This document shows, piece by piece, positions 39,228 through 50,000 of a DNA stretch of 64,000 bases. This DNA comes from an uncultured Gemmataceae bacterium. GTDB taxonomy: Bacteria > Planctomycetota > Planctomycetia > Gemmatales > Gemmataceae. Position 1 is the stretch's first letter. Each line of letters opens with the position of its first letter. The position numbers and the translations under genes were made by a program. The stretch covers positions 1,024,001 through 1,088,000 of the forward strand of contig CAVVPN010000012.1 of assembly GCA_963750165.1 (NCBI GenBank), written 5' to 3'. The notes below the pieces were generated by a model. The model saw nothing but the letters and a program-made list of their open reading frames with translations, searched no databases and had not been told where the DNA came from.

Positions 39228-41345
39228 ATGAAACGTTTCGCAGTCCTCGTCTGTCTGCTGGTCCTGGCGGCGCCGGCCGCGGCGCAACCGGCCAAGCGGC
39301 CGATGCAGATCGACGACCTCTTCAAGTTCAAGCGCGTCGCCGACCCGCAGGTCAGCCCCGACGGCAAGTGGGTCGCCTACACCGTCGCCACCGTGGACGA
39401 CGTCAGCAAGAACAAAATCTCGTCCGTCCTGTGGCTGGCGTCCACCGACGGCAAGACGCGCAAGCAGCTGACCAGCACCACGAAGAAGGACCGTCAGCCG
39501 CGCTGGGCGCCGGATGGCAAGGCGATCCTGTTCGTGTCCACGCGCTCCGGCACGCCGCAGTTGTGGCTCATCGCCCTCGACGGCGGCGAGGCCCGCCAGC
39601 TCACGCACGTCAGCACCGGCGTCTCGGACCCGACCTGGGCGCGCGACGGCAAACGCCTGGCGTTCGTCTCGGCGGTGTGGCCGGAGTATTCAGGCAAGCC
39701 GTTCAAGGAGAGCGACGCGGCCAACAAGAAACGCATGGCCGAGCAGGAGGCGGGGCCGGTCAAGGCGAAGGTGTTCACGCGGCTGTTCTACCGCCACTGG
39801 GACGACTACGTCGAGGACAAACGGCAGCACCTGTTCGTCTGCGACTTCGCCGAGGGCAAGGCCGGCGAGCCGCGCGACGTCACGCCCGGCGACTACGATG
39901 CGTTTCCCACCTCGACGACGTTCTCGTCGAGCGTCGATTACACCTTCAGCCCGGACGGCAGCCATTTGCTCTTCACGGCGCCGCCGAAGACCAACGCGGC
40001 GTGGAGCACCAACTACGACATCTGGCGCGTGGCGGTCGATGGCAAGGGCAAGCCGGAGAACCTGACCGGGAAGAACAAGGCGGCGGACAGCGGGCCGCAG
40101 TTTTCGCCGGACGGCAAGAAGCTGGCGTACCGGGCGCAACACCGAGCGGGATTCGAGGCCGACAGTTGGAGCCTGATGATCGTCAAGGTGGACCCGTCCG
40201 GCGCGTTCCAGGGCGAGCCGGAGGATGCCTTTATCGGAATCGCTTATTCCGCGGAGGAATTCGTCTGGATCGCCAACGACCTGATCGAGTTCACGTCGGA
40301 CCTGGAAGGCCGTGTAGAGATGGCCCTGCTGTCCTGGAACCGGGGCAACTTCGGGTTCAGCCCGCCCTCGAAGCACGGGGGCACCAGCGCATCGCTCTCC
40401 TGCGCCCCCAGGGCAGGGACCGTCGTCTGGACGCAGTCCACCCTGGGCCACCCGCCGAAGATCATGGTGACGGGCGAGGAAGCCAAATCGGACGGCCCTC
40501 GTGATCTGAGCGAGGACAATACCAAGCTCCTCGCAGAACTGGACCTGCCGCGCCCCGAAAGCGTTAAGGTGAAGGGGGCGGGCGGGACGCCGGTGCAGAT
40601 GTGGATCCTCAAGCCGCCCGGCTTCGACGCCAAGAAGAAATGGCCCGTCGTCTTCCTCGTTCACGGCGGCCCGCAAGGCGCCTGGCACAACGGCTGGAGC
40701 TACCGCTGGAACCCGCAGCTGTGGGCCGCCCAGGGCTACGTCGTGGCGCTGCCGAACCCGCGCGGCTCGACCGGCTTCGGCCAGAAGTTCGTCGATGAGA
40801 TCAGCGGCGACTGGGGCGGCAAGTGCTACGACGACCTCATGAAGTGCGTCGATTACCTCGAAGCGCTGCCGTATGTCGATAAGGACCGCATCGGCGCCGC
40901 GGGGGCGTCGTTCGGCGGCTACATGATGAACTGGTTCGCGGTCAACACCGGCCGCTTCAAGTGCCTCATCACGCACTGCAGCGTCTGGAACTTCGAGAGC
41001 ATGTACGCGACGACCGATGAACTCTGGTTCGACGAGTGGGAGCATGGCGGCCCGCCCTGGGGCAAGAACCGCGCCGCCTATGAGAAGCACTCGCCGCACC
41101 GCCTCGCCGCCAACCTGAAGAAGTTCAAGACGCCGATGCTCGTCATCCACAACGACCTCGACTTCCGCTGCCCCATCGGCCAGGGCCACGAGCTGTTCAC
41201 GACGCTGCAGCGCCTCGGCGTGCCGTCGCGCATGGTCAACTTCCCCGACGAGGGCCACTGGGTCCTCAAGCCCGCGAACAGCAGGTACTGGCACCGCGAG
41301 GTCTTCGCCTGGCTGAAGAAACATGTGCCGCCGGGCGGTCGCTGA
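39228..41345 (+). CDS. Secreted S9-family (prolyl oligopeptidase-like) peptidase
   Basis: Signal peptide, TolB-like propeller, HGGP, GASFGG, DFR, FPDEGHW. Confidence 0.92.
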   Translation: MKRFAVLVCLLVLAAPAAAQPAKRPMQIDDLFKFKRVADPQVSPDGKWVAYTVATVDDVSKNKISSVLWLASTDGKTRKQLTSTTKKDRQPRWAPDGKAILFVSTRSGTPQLWLIALDGGEARQLTHVSTGVSDPTWARDGKRLAFVSAVWPEYSGKPFKESDAANKKRMAEQEAGPVKAKVFTRLFYRHWDDYVEDKRQHLFVCDFAEGKAGEPRDVTPGDYDAFPTSTTFSSSVDYTFSPDGSHLLFTAPPKTNAAWSTNYDIWRVAVDGKGKPENLTGKNKAADSGPQFSPDGKKLAYRAQHRAGFEADSWSLMIVKVDPSGAFQGEPEDAFIGIAYSAEEFVWIANDLIEFTSDLEGRVEMALLSWNRGNFGFSPPSKHGGTSASLSCAPRAGTVVWTQSTLGHPPKIMVTGEEAKSDGPRDLSEDNTKLLAELDLPRPESVKVKGAGGTPVQMWILKPPGFDAKKKWPVVFLVHGGPQGAWHNGWSYRWNPQLWAAQGYVVALPNPRGSTGFGQKFVDEISGDWGGKCYDDLMKCVDYLEALPYVDKDRIGAAGASFGGYMMNWFAVNTGRFKCLITHCSVWNFESMYATTDELWFDEWEHGGPPWGKNRAAYEKHSPHRLAANLKKFKTPMLVIHNDLDFRCPIGQGHELFTTLQRLGVPSRMVNFPDEGHWVLKPANSRYWHREVFAWLKKHVPPGGR

Positions 41346-41355
41346 CCCGGAAGGA

Positions 41356-41431
41356 TTCACCACAAAGACACGAAGAACACAAAGGAAGACAAACAGGTCT
41401 TCCTTTGTGTTCTTTGTGTCTTTGTGGTGAA
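41356..41431. repeat. Long inverted repeat (TTCACCACAAAGACAC...GTGTCTTTGTGGTGAA), MITE-like or terminator-like
   Basis: About 35-bp near-perfect arms directly after the S9 peptidase stop. Confidence 0.75.
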
Positions 41432-41611
41432 CCCTCCCCGTAAAATCGCTACGATTCGCAACAATTGTTTGAAAAAGGCCGAATTTGCTGCATTTTGCGC
41501 GTGCGAAGCGTGTGTCCCCTCTGGTATGCTTCCCCCAACGAATGTGCATTGCGCGCCGGACTTGCGTTGAGTGCGGCCGCAGTGAGCCGCCCAAGCAAGG
41601 GGGATTCACGC

Positions 41612-42043
41612 ATGGCTGACTGGAAAAAACTCGCCCTCGACGCCATCCTGGCCGACGGCACCATCGACGAGAATGAGGTCAAAATCCTCAAAAAAGAACT
41701 CTACGCCGACGGCAAGATCGACAAGCAGGAGTTCGCCTTCCTCGTGGAGCTGCGCGAGGCCGCCCACAAGAAGGCCAAGGGCGCCGACCTGCATCCGAAG
41801 TTCGAAGCGCTGTTCTTCGATGTCGTCCAGCAGCGCATCCTGAGCGAGGCTGGCGTGCTGAGCAAGGACGCCGTCACGGTGCTGCGGCAGGTGATCTTCG
41901 CCGACAAGAAGGTGGATGAGAGCGAGAAGAAGTTTTTGACCAAACTCAAGAAGGCCGTGACCAAGCAGAACGCGGAGTTCGACAAGCTGTGCGCCGAGTG
42001 CCTCGGCCAACCCGCCCCCAAGCCGGCTGCCGCGGCCAAGTGA
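41612..42043 (+). CDS. TerB-like helical protein
   Basis: Repeated ADG.ID..E motifs (LADGTIDENE, YADGKIDKQE, FADKKVDESE). Confidence 0.6.
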   Translation: MADWKKLALDAILADGTIDENEVKILKKELYADGKIDKQEFAFLVELREAAHKKAKGADLHPKFEALFFDVVQQRILSEAGVLSKDAVTVLRQVIFADKKVDESEKKFLTKLKKAVTKQNAEFDKLCAECLGQPAPKPAAAAK

Positions 42044-42094
42044 ACACCTCGTCGGCCGCCCCGGGAAAAATCGGGACTTTCCCGGGGCCAACGG

Positions 42095-43009
42095 TCATTT
42101 CGCGAACAGCGCCTCCACGTAAGCGTCCGGGTCGAACAGCTCCAGGTCGTCCAGCTGCTCGCCGACGCCGACGAACTTCACCGGCAGGTCCAGCTTCTGC
42201 TTGACGCCGAAGATGGCTCCGCCCTTGGCCGTGCCGTCCAGCTTCGACAGAATGATGCCCGTACACTGGACGGTCTTCTTGAACATCTCCGCCTGCACGA
42301 TCGCGTTCTGCCCACTGGTCGCGTCCAGCACCAGCAGCACCTCGTGCGGCGCCCCGTCGATCTGCTTGGCAACGATGCGGCGGATTTTCTCCAGTTCCTT
42401 CATCAGGTGCGTCTGTGTGTGCAGCCGGCCGGCCGTGTCCACGATGAGCACGTCGAAGCCGCGCGCCTTCGCCTTCTCGCAGGCGTCGTGAGCCACGCTC
42501 GCCGGGTCGCTGCCCTGCTGGCTCTTGACAATGTCGCAGCCGAGCCGCTCGCTCCAGATGGTCAGTTGCTCGACCGCCGCGGCGCGGAAGGTGTCGCAGG
42601 CCGCTACCATGATCTTCTTGCCGTCCGCCTTGAGCCGGTAAGCCAGCTTGGCGATGGACGTGGTCTTGCCGCTGCCATTGACGCCCGCGACCATCACCAC
42701 CGTCGGCCCGCTCGCGGCGTATGCAATCCCCTGCGACGGCGCCGTCAGCAGTTCCTTCAGCTGGTCCTTGACGAACACCTCCACGTCGCCGGTGATCTCG
42801 CGGTCCTGGAACGCCTGGCGCACGCGGTCCACGATGGTCGTTGTCGCCACGGTGCCCACGTCCGCCAGGTACAGACGCTTTTCCAGCTCGTCCAGGAAAT
42901 GGCGGTCCACGCGGCCCTTGAACGAGAACAGCTCCGCGATGCCGCTGAACAGGCTGCGCGTCTTGGACAGGCCCTGCTTTAGCTTGTTGTAAAGGGCGCG
43001 AAAGACCAT
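42095..43009 (-). CDS. ftsY: Signal recognition particle receptor FtsY
   Basis: GVNGSGKTT, DTFRAAA, DTAGR, KLDGTAKGG. Confidence 0.97.
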   Translation of the reverse strand: MVFRALYNKLKQGLSKTRSLFSGIAELFSFKGRVDRHFLDELEKRLYLADVGTVATTTIVDRVRQAFQDREITGDVEVFVKDQLKELLTAPSQGIAYAASGPTVVMVAGVNGSGKTTSIAKLAYRLKADGKKIMVAACDTFRAAAVEQLTIWSERLGCDIVKSQQGSDPASVAHDACEKAKARGFDVLIVDTAGRLHTQTHLMKELEKIRRIVAKQIDGAPHEVLLVLDATSGQNAIVQAEMFKKTVQCTGIILSKLDGTAKGGAIFGVKQKLDLPVKFVGVGEQLDDLELFDPDAYVEALFAK

Positions 43010-43012
43010 CGG

Positions 43013-43849
43013 TTAGCTCTCCGCTATGCGTTGTCGAAGGTTTTGCAATTCCGCCCAGGTGACGCCGTGCCGGCCCGGCGCCCGCCGCGGATCGTCCGGC
43101 CCGTGGCAGTCGCTGCCGCCCGTCACCGCTAGCTCAAGCTGCGCCGCCAGGTCACGCAGTTGCCGCGCCCAGCTCGGCCGGCAATTTGGGTAGTCCACCT
43201 CCATCGCGTCCAACCCGAGCGCCTTTAACTCGGCCAGAAGCGCCGGCACGCCATCATAAGATGGATGCGCCAGGCTCGCAACGCCACCCGCGGCGTGCAG
43301 CAGCCCAATCGCCTCCGCCACCGGCAGGCCCACCGCCGCCGTCACATACGGGCTGTCGTCGTTCAGGTAGCGCGTGAACGCCTGCCGCACGCTCTGGGCC
43401 CGGCCCTCCCGGACCAGCAGTTCCGCCAGCTGCCGTCTGCCCGGCGACTCCGCAGCGGCCAGCGCGCGCACCGCCCCTTCGTCAAGGGATACGCCCTTGT
43501 CGCGTAATCGCTCGACGATCTCGCCGATGCGGGCGGCGCGGCCGGTGCGGACACGGTCGAGGGCGGCGGTCAGCGCCGCGTCGTCGGGGCGGAAGAAGTA
43601 GCCGAGCAGGTGCAGCGTCTGCCGGCGGCGGGCACGCACGGTCAGTTCGATGCCGGTCACCAGTTCGCAAGCGCTGCCCGCGGCCGCGGCCTGGGCCTCG
43701 GCGACGCCGGCAACGGTGTCGTGGTCGGTCAGCGCGAACGCGGCCAGGCCGCTGCGGCGCGCCAGGTCCACCAGCTGTGCCGGGGCATAGGCGCCGTCGC
43801 TGGCGGTGCTGTGCGCATGCAGATCAACACGACGGTTGGGGTCGGTCAT
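43013..43849 (-). CDS. PHP-domain phosphoesterase
   Basis: DLHAHSTASDG, TDHD, GIE, HLLGY, AHP, GGSDCHG. Confidence 0.9.
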   Translation of the reverse strand: MTDPNRRVDLHAHSTASDGAYAPAQLVDLARRSGLAAFALTDHDTVAGVAEAQAAAAGSACELVTGIELTVRARRRQTLHLLGYFFRPDDAALTAALDRVRTGRAARIGEIVERLRDKGVSLDEGAVRALAAAESPGRRQLAELLVREGRAQSVRQAFTRYLNDDSPYVTAAVGLPVAEAIGLLHAAGGVASLAHPSYDGVPALLAELKALGLDAMEVDYPNCRPSWARQLRDLAAQLELAVTGGSDCHGPDDPRRAPGRHGVTWAELQNLRQRIAES

Positions 43850-43853
43850 GGCG

Positions 43854-44273
43854 TCAGGTGATGGGCTCGGGCTGGGCGGTGCGACGCAGGCGGTCGAGGA
43901 CGCCGTTGACGAACGCGGGCGAATCCGCCGAGCCGTAGCGGCGGGCCAGTTCGATGGCCTCGTCGATGGCCACGGCGACGGGTGTCTCCTCGGGGTGCAG
44001 CACTTCAAAGGCGCCGAGGCGCAGAGCGTTGCGGTCCACGGTGGCCATGCGCACCAGCCGCCAGTTTTCCGCGGCGGCACTCAGGCGAAAGTCGATGTCG
44101 GCCCCCTCGGCGCGCACGCCATCGTACAGGCGCAGGCAGAAGCGTTCGGCCGCGGCGTCGCGCAGGCGGTCGTGGACGAAGCGCTCAATGTCGGCACGGT
44201 CCACGGTCGGGTTGTGGTCGTGCTGGAACAGCAACTGCAGGGCCACTTCGCGGGCCCGGGAACGTCGGTTCAT
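43854..44273 (-). CDS. nusB: Transcription antitermination factor NusB
   Basis: RRSRAREVALQLLF, NW...R...DRNALR, VAIDEAIELA, FVNGVLD. Confidence 0.95.
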   Translation of the reverse strand: MNRRSRAREVALQLLFQHDHNPTVDRADIERFVHDRLRDAAAERFCLRLYDGVRAEGADIDFRLSAAAENWRLVRMATVDRNALRLGAFEVLHPEETPVAVAIDEAIELARRYGSADSPAFVNGVLDRLRRTAQPEPIT

Positions 44274-44497
44274 GGCGGCCTCCGCACGGCGTTGGTGCCA
44301 ACTACATGGTAGCAAAGCGCGGCCCGGAGGACAGCGCGGCGAGCAGGTCCGCCTCGCTTTCCACGTAAGGGGTTGTGTTCGACTGGCAGGTTCGCATAGA
44401 GTATACTATTGAGAACAAAAATCGAGCACCGCCGACAGACACTCCCCAAACCGGGGTGTACCAGCGTCACCGTCACGGGCCTCGCGGAGGAACAGCG

Positions 44498-46207
44498 ATG
44501 AAGTGTGCCTGTCCCAACTGCCATCGATCCCTGCCCGTGCAACAGGCGCTGCCCGCCCAGGTTTTCTGCCCCTGGTGCGGCGCCACCTTCTTCCAGGAGG
44601 CCCCGAAGCCCGGCGCCGCGCCGCCCACGCCGCCGCCGACCGTCGCCGCTGTGCCCGTTCTGGCGACGCCGACCCCCGCGCGCGGGATCCGGGCCGCGAA
44701 AACCGCCCCCACCACCATGCGCGCCGTGCCGGCCGCCCGGACGGCCCAGATGCACCCCGTTGCGCAGGGCCACACACCGCCGCCACAGTCGAGGCCATCA
44801 CCGCTGGTGACCGGGGCCGTGCTGGGCGGATTCGCCCTGCTGCTGCTGGCCGGCGGCGTGGTCGCGTACCTCTGCTTCACCGCCGGCAACTCGCCCGAAA
44901 CCGCCCGCCAGGAAACCCCGCCGCCCAAAGATCCCTCGCACAAGCCGCAAAACGGCAACCGCGACGTTGCCCCCCACAAGGACAGGGTCACCGGGGACCG
45001 GACCAACAAGGCCACGGCGAACAGGGATGGGGAGAAGTCGGTTACGCTCCCCGTGCCGGACAGGAACAAGGACAGGAAGGACGGGACCGAAAAGGACAAA
45101 TCCGGGAAGGACAAATCCACGCTCGTGAAACCCGACGGGCCGTCGAACAAGGACAGGACCAGACCACCGGAGGGTGTGGCTCCGCTGCAAATCAAGCTTC
45201 TCGAAACGGTCAAGAAGACGGAGAAGACGACGCCACGCCAACTGAGGCTGGCGGTCTCCGAGGCCATGTTCGACGACATGGGCAAACTGCTCCTCGAACT
45301 GGGAGAGGGCTACAAGTTCGCCGAACTCAACGAGAACGAGCTGCTGTCGCTGAAGCGGCTGAAGCACTACGACGTGATTTTCCTGACCTGCAAGCATTCC
45401 ACCGCGAGCAAACTGCGGCAGAACGAGGCGCTGCGCCTCTTCGTCGAGAACGGCGGCACGCTGTACGCATCGGACCTGCGCTTCGAGGCCCTGCGCGGGG
45501 CGTTCCCCGACTACATCGACCCCGGGCCGAACTTCGCCGGGGACAAGCAAAAGTTGACCGCGACGGTCGTGGACCCCGGGCTGCGCGAGGTACTGGGCGA
45601 CAGCGTCACGCTCAACTTCGACCAGCGCGGCTGGAAGCCGGCCCGGTTCAAGCGCAACCTGGTCAAGGTCTACATGGAGGCCGATTACGAGCCGGACCCC
45701 GCCTTCCAGCTCAAGGAGACGGAACTGTCCGGGCTGCTGCTGGTCAAGTTCACCTGCGGCAAGGGTTCCGTCATTTTCACGTCCTTTCACAACGCCAAGC
45801 AGAACAGCGAGGTCGAGCGGAAACTGCTCAAGTATCTGGTGTTCACAGCGGTGACCTCGTTTGAAGAGACGAAGGTCACGAAAACGATGATCCAGGGCGG
45901 CTTCTCGCCACAGCCGGCCAAACGGCTCAGCATCGGCGACGAAGCGCTCAAGGCGACGCACGTGTACAACCATCCGAAGAACGGACCGTTGCAGTTCGCG
46001 CTGGGCTTCAGCAACGCCGGCGCCAAACTCAAGCTGGAACTGGTGGCGCCGGACGGCCGCAAGGTCGAGCGCGAGGGCATCGCCTCGTTTGTCGTCGAGG
46101 TGGACAACGCCGCGGCCGGCGACTGGCGCTACACCGTCACGGCGGTGAGCGTGCCCTACGCCAACTTCCCGTTCACCCTGACGGTCGGCGAGCCGGTCAA
46201 GCGATGA
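44498..46207 (+). CDS. Membrane-anchored protein: Zn ribbon, TM helix, class I glutamine-amidotransferase-like domain, C-terminal beta-sandwich
   Basis: CPNC/CPWC, a hydrophobic helix, KD-rich linker, YDVIFLTC...FVENGGTLYASD, GKGSVIFTSFH. Confidence 0.65.
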   Translation: MKCACPNCHRSLPVQQALPAQVFCPWCGATFFQEAPKPGAAPPTPPPTVAAVPVLATPTPARGIRAAKTAPTTMRAVPAARTAQMHPVAQGHTPPPQSRPSPLVTGAVLGGFALLLLAGGVVAYLCFTAGNSPETARQETPPPKDPSHKPQNGNRDVAPHKDRVTGDRTNKATANRDGEKSVTLPVPDRNKDRKDGTEKDKSGKDKSTLVKPDGPSNKDRTRPPEGVAPLQIKLLETVKKTEKTTPRQLRLAVSEAMFDDMGKLLLELGEGYKFAELNENELLSLKRLKHYDVIFLTCKHSTASKLRQNEALRLFVENGGTLYASDLRFEALRGAFPDYIDPGPNFAGDKQKLTATVVDPGLREVLGDSVTLNFDQRGWKPARFKRNLVKVYMEADYEPDPAFQLKETELSGLLLVKFTCGKGSVIFTSFHNAKQNSEVERKLLKYLVFTAVTSFEETKVTKTMIQGGFSPQPAKRLSIGDEALKATHVYNHPKNGPLQFALGFSNAGAKLKLELVAPDGRKVEREGIASFVVEVDNAAAGDWRYTVTAVSVPYANFPFTLTVGEPVKR

Positions 46208-46225
46208 CAAGGAGACAGCGGGGTT

Positions 46226-46620
46226 CATTTCTCCTTGCAGCCCGCCTCCGTTGGCCCGCTGCCCACGTCTCAGCCCCGCGCCCGGTACTCCGGGTAGCGC
46301 GTCCGGTGCCGGTGCTTCCACACAGGGTTCCGCACTTCGGTCCACTTCGCCACCGCCGCCACGTCCGGGAGTGAGGCCACGCCGCGGTTTGTTTTGATCA
46401 GGAGGCTGCTGTTCGCTTCCTTCGGGTCGGGTTCCCTGGGCGGTTGGCGAAGCAGCGCGTCAGCCGTTCGTCCTGGCGCAGCACGGCCGCGCGGAGTTGC
46501 AAGATCGCTTCGGCACCTTGGGGACGCAGCCAGTATTGCTGTTGGTTCTTCACGCGGGCAGTCACCGCGCCTACCAACGACGCCACCAGGCTGCTCGAGG
46601 ACCTGTGAACGGAAGCCCTG
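46226..46620 (-). mobile_element. Degenerate transposase fragments (ISKra4/ISLre2-like DDE C-termini)
   Basis: SSLVASLVGAVTARVK...YW...GAEAILQLRAA at ~46400-46620, and HRHRTRYPEYRARG*DVGSGPTEAGCK (TGG to TGA) at ~46226-46330. Confidence 0.6.
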
Positions 46621-47071
46621 TTCATCCAGCTCCAGCGGAGTGCGGAGGGGAAAAAGTCCCGGCGACCGTCGGGACAATGAGCCATCGGTTCGACTTGGGG
46701 GATGGTCGCCCCCGTGGATCAAAAAGATGAAAAAATCATTTGACCGCCCTCACATTTCGGTTAAACTCTCATGTTTAATAGCCCAACTTCTGGGTTTTCG
46801 GACACCGCTACCCGCCCCTGCTACTGTTCAGGCGGACACCGAAGGCAACTCCTTCCGCATCCCTTGCCTCTTCCGGCAAGGCCGGAGATGCGTGGTCTTC
46901 GCGCCCAACGCCGGGGCCGGTCGCTGACCGCCCAGTGCGGCTTCCAGTCCCGTTCCTATAAAAAGCCCGTCGGGGTCTCCCGATCATCTGACCCCGACCG
47001 ACGACGCAAGCATAATTTCCGGTCCCCTGTTCCGGGGCCATTGTCTCATCATTCGTCCTGAGGTGCCACCC

Positions 47072-50000
47072 ATGTCCTGGACTCGCTGGTTTCGCGGAGT
47101 GCAGCGCAAGAGCAAGCGTCCCACCGGCCATCGCCGGCCCCAACCGAGCCGACCCGCCCTGTTTCTGGAGTCGCTGGAAGAACGCACCGTCCCGTCCGTC
47201 AACGCCGCCTCCGCGACCGACCCGAATTTGCTGTCCGACACCGCCGCCGGCTTCACGCTCAACGGCCAGCTGGCCAACAGCATCGAGGTCACCGGCGCCG
47301 CCGCCGTCAGCAGCAACGGCCGCTACGTCGTCTTCACCGACGCCGCCGCCAACCTCGCCACCGGCCAGGTCATGAACTCGAAGACCACCACCAGCGTCTT
47401 CCTGTACGACCGCTCCACCGGCACCACCACCCTCGTCAGCCACGCCGCCAGCTCCACCGCCACGACGGCCGACGGCACCTCCGAGAACGCCGCCATCAGC
47501 GCCGACGGCAACTGGGTCGCCTACGTCAGCAACGGCGACAACCTCGTCAGCGGCCAGCAGCTGGCCGACGACACCTACAACCTGACGGTCTACGGCTACA
47601 CCGGCGGCACCTTCACGCTCAGCTACGGCGGCCAGACCACCGCGCCCATCGCCTACAACTTCGACGGGCCGACCGAACTGGCCAACATCCAGGCGGCCCT
47701 CGACAACCTGTCCACGGTCGGCCCCGGTAACTCCGTCGTCGCCCAGGGCAACCTCAACAGCCTGTTCACCGTCACCTTCACCGGCGCGCTCGCCCACGGC
47801 GCCTCCACCGGCACGCTCACCGGCCACGGCTCCGGCCTGACCGGCGGCAGCCTCTACGCCGACTTCGCGCTGACCGGCGCCCACAACACGTCCTACGGCA
47901 GCCAGTACAACGTCTTCCTCTACAGCGTCCAGACCGGCCAGACCACCCTCGTCAGCCACTACGCCGCCGACCAGGGCGCCGGCTACCAGACGACCGCGAG
48001 CGACGGCACCAGCGGCATCCTCAGCGGCTTCGGCGGCAGCGACAGCAGCGTGGCCAGCCAGACCACCAGCGTCTCGCTCAGCGCCAACGGCCAGTACGTC
48101 GCCTACCTGAGTACCGGCACCCATCTGGTCAGCGGCCAGGTCGAGGGCTTCTTCAACCCCGTGGACGGCGGCGGCATCCAGGGCCGCGGCAACGTCTTCG
48201 TGTACGACCGCACCACCGACACCAACTTCCTCGCCAGCCACGACATCAGCTCGCCGACCAACAGCGCCGGCCTGCCGATCGAGCCGAGCGACAACACCTG
48301 CTACGTCGCCACCATCGACCCGACCGGCACCAACGTCGCCTTCACCAGCCTGTCGGCCAGCCTGGTCCAGGGCGAAACGGATGGCAGTTCCGGCCAGGAG
48401 CCGGGCGACTTCCCGCAATTCTTCCTCGCCCAGCGCCCCGCCAGCGGCACCTGGGCGGGCGAGACCACCTATCTGGTCAGTCACCAGGTGAGCCTCGCCA
48501 CCCTGGACTCCCTCCCCAACACCAGCGGGCCGCTCGACTACCCCGCCCCGGTGTTCTCGGCGGACGGCCACTGGCTCGTGTACATGTCGGACCACGCCAT
48601 CGTCACCAGTCCGCTGACGCCCGGCGCCGGCATGGGCGACAACTACTACCTCTACGACACCACCCAGCCGACCTCCGGCTACAACAACACGCTCATCACG
48701 CACACGCCCGGCAACGCGACCCAGGTCGGCAACGCCGGCGACGACTCCTTCACCGCCTACACGGCCCCGACCGCCGCCGTCAGCGACAGCGACACCGCCC
48801 CCTACGTCGCCTTCTACAGCGCTGCCACCAACCTGGAAAGCACCGCCACCTCGCCGGGCTACAACGCCTACCTGTTCAGCGCCGCCACCGGCAACGTCAC
48901 GCTGCTGTCGCACCAGAGCATTCCGACCTCGGCCTTCCCCACCTTCAAGTCCATGCCGCTGACGATCAGCATCAGCGGCAACGGCCGCTACGTCGGCTAC
49001 ATCGGCTCGGCCGCCGCGGATGTCTCCGGCACCACCAACATCAACACCTGGTCGGGCACCAGGGGCTTTGACGCCATCGTCTACGACCAGGGCCCCAACA
49101 TCGGCGTGTCCTCGCCGGCCTATATCCTGGCCAGCCACGCCTACGCCTCGCCCACCACGACGGGCAACGCCGAGGCGTACGCCCCCGTCATCAGCGACGA
49201 CGGCAGTACGATGCTCTACCTCGACGACTCCTCGAACCTGCTGCCGACCACCATCAACAGCCACCCCGGCCAGGACCTCAACGACGCCGTGGCCGGCGAC
49301 GGCACCGACCTGTACGCCTACAGCCTGAGCACGGCGACCGGCTACACGCCGCTGGCGGCCGTCGGCACCAACGCCACGGTGTCGCTGCGCAACGCCAACC
49401 TGCCGAGCCTGACCGCCAATGGCATGAGCGAGATGTCGCCGGAGAACGCCGTCAGCAGCAACGGCCAGTACACCGTCTTCTTCAGCAACGCCCCGAACCT
49501 GGCGCCGAACGAGAACGACACCGCCCTGAGCCTGAACGTCTACCTGTACAACCGCAGCGCCCCCAGCGGCACCAACCCGGTGACGCTTATCAGTCACGCC
49601 TACGGTTCGCCGGCCACCACCGCCAACGGCATCTCGACCGACGCGGTCATCAGCGCCGACGGCTCGACGATCCTGTTCTACAGCACCGCCACCAACCTCA
49701 TCAGCGGCGGCACCAGCGGCACGCAGCTATACCTGTATGACAACAACCCCAACGACGCCGCCTACGGCACCGTCAAGCTGGTCAGCCATGCGTCCACGGG
49801 CGACACGACGGGCTCCAACGGCACCGTGCCGGTCAGCCCCGGCTACCCGCCGACGACGCTGCTGTACGACAACGCCACCGCCCAGGGCCTGCCGCTGCCG
49901 AGCGTCAGCAGCAACGGCCAGTACATCGCCTACCTGAGCAACGCCAGCAACATCACAGGCACTGGCTCCTCTGGTCTGAATGGTTCGATCACGGCGGTCA

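Noticed and set aside
46270..46272. In-frame TGA as selenocysteine or recoding
   Set aside because: It replaces a Trp (TGG) in a decayed transposase fragment; TGA is a normal stop throughout the window.
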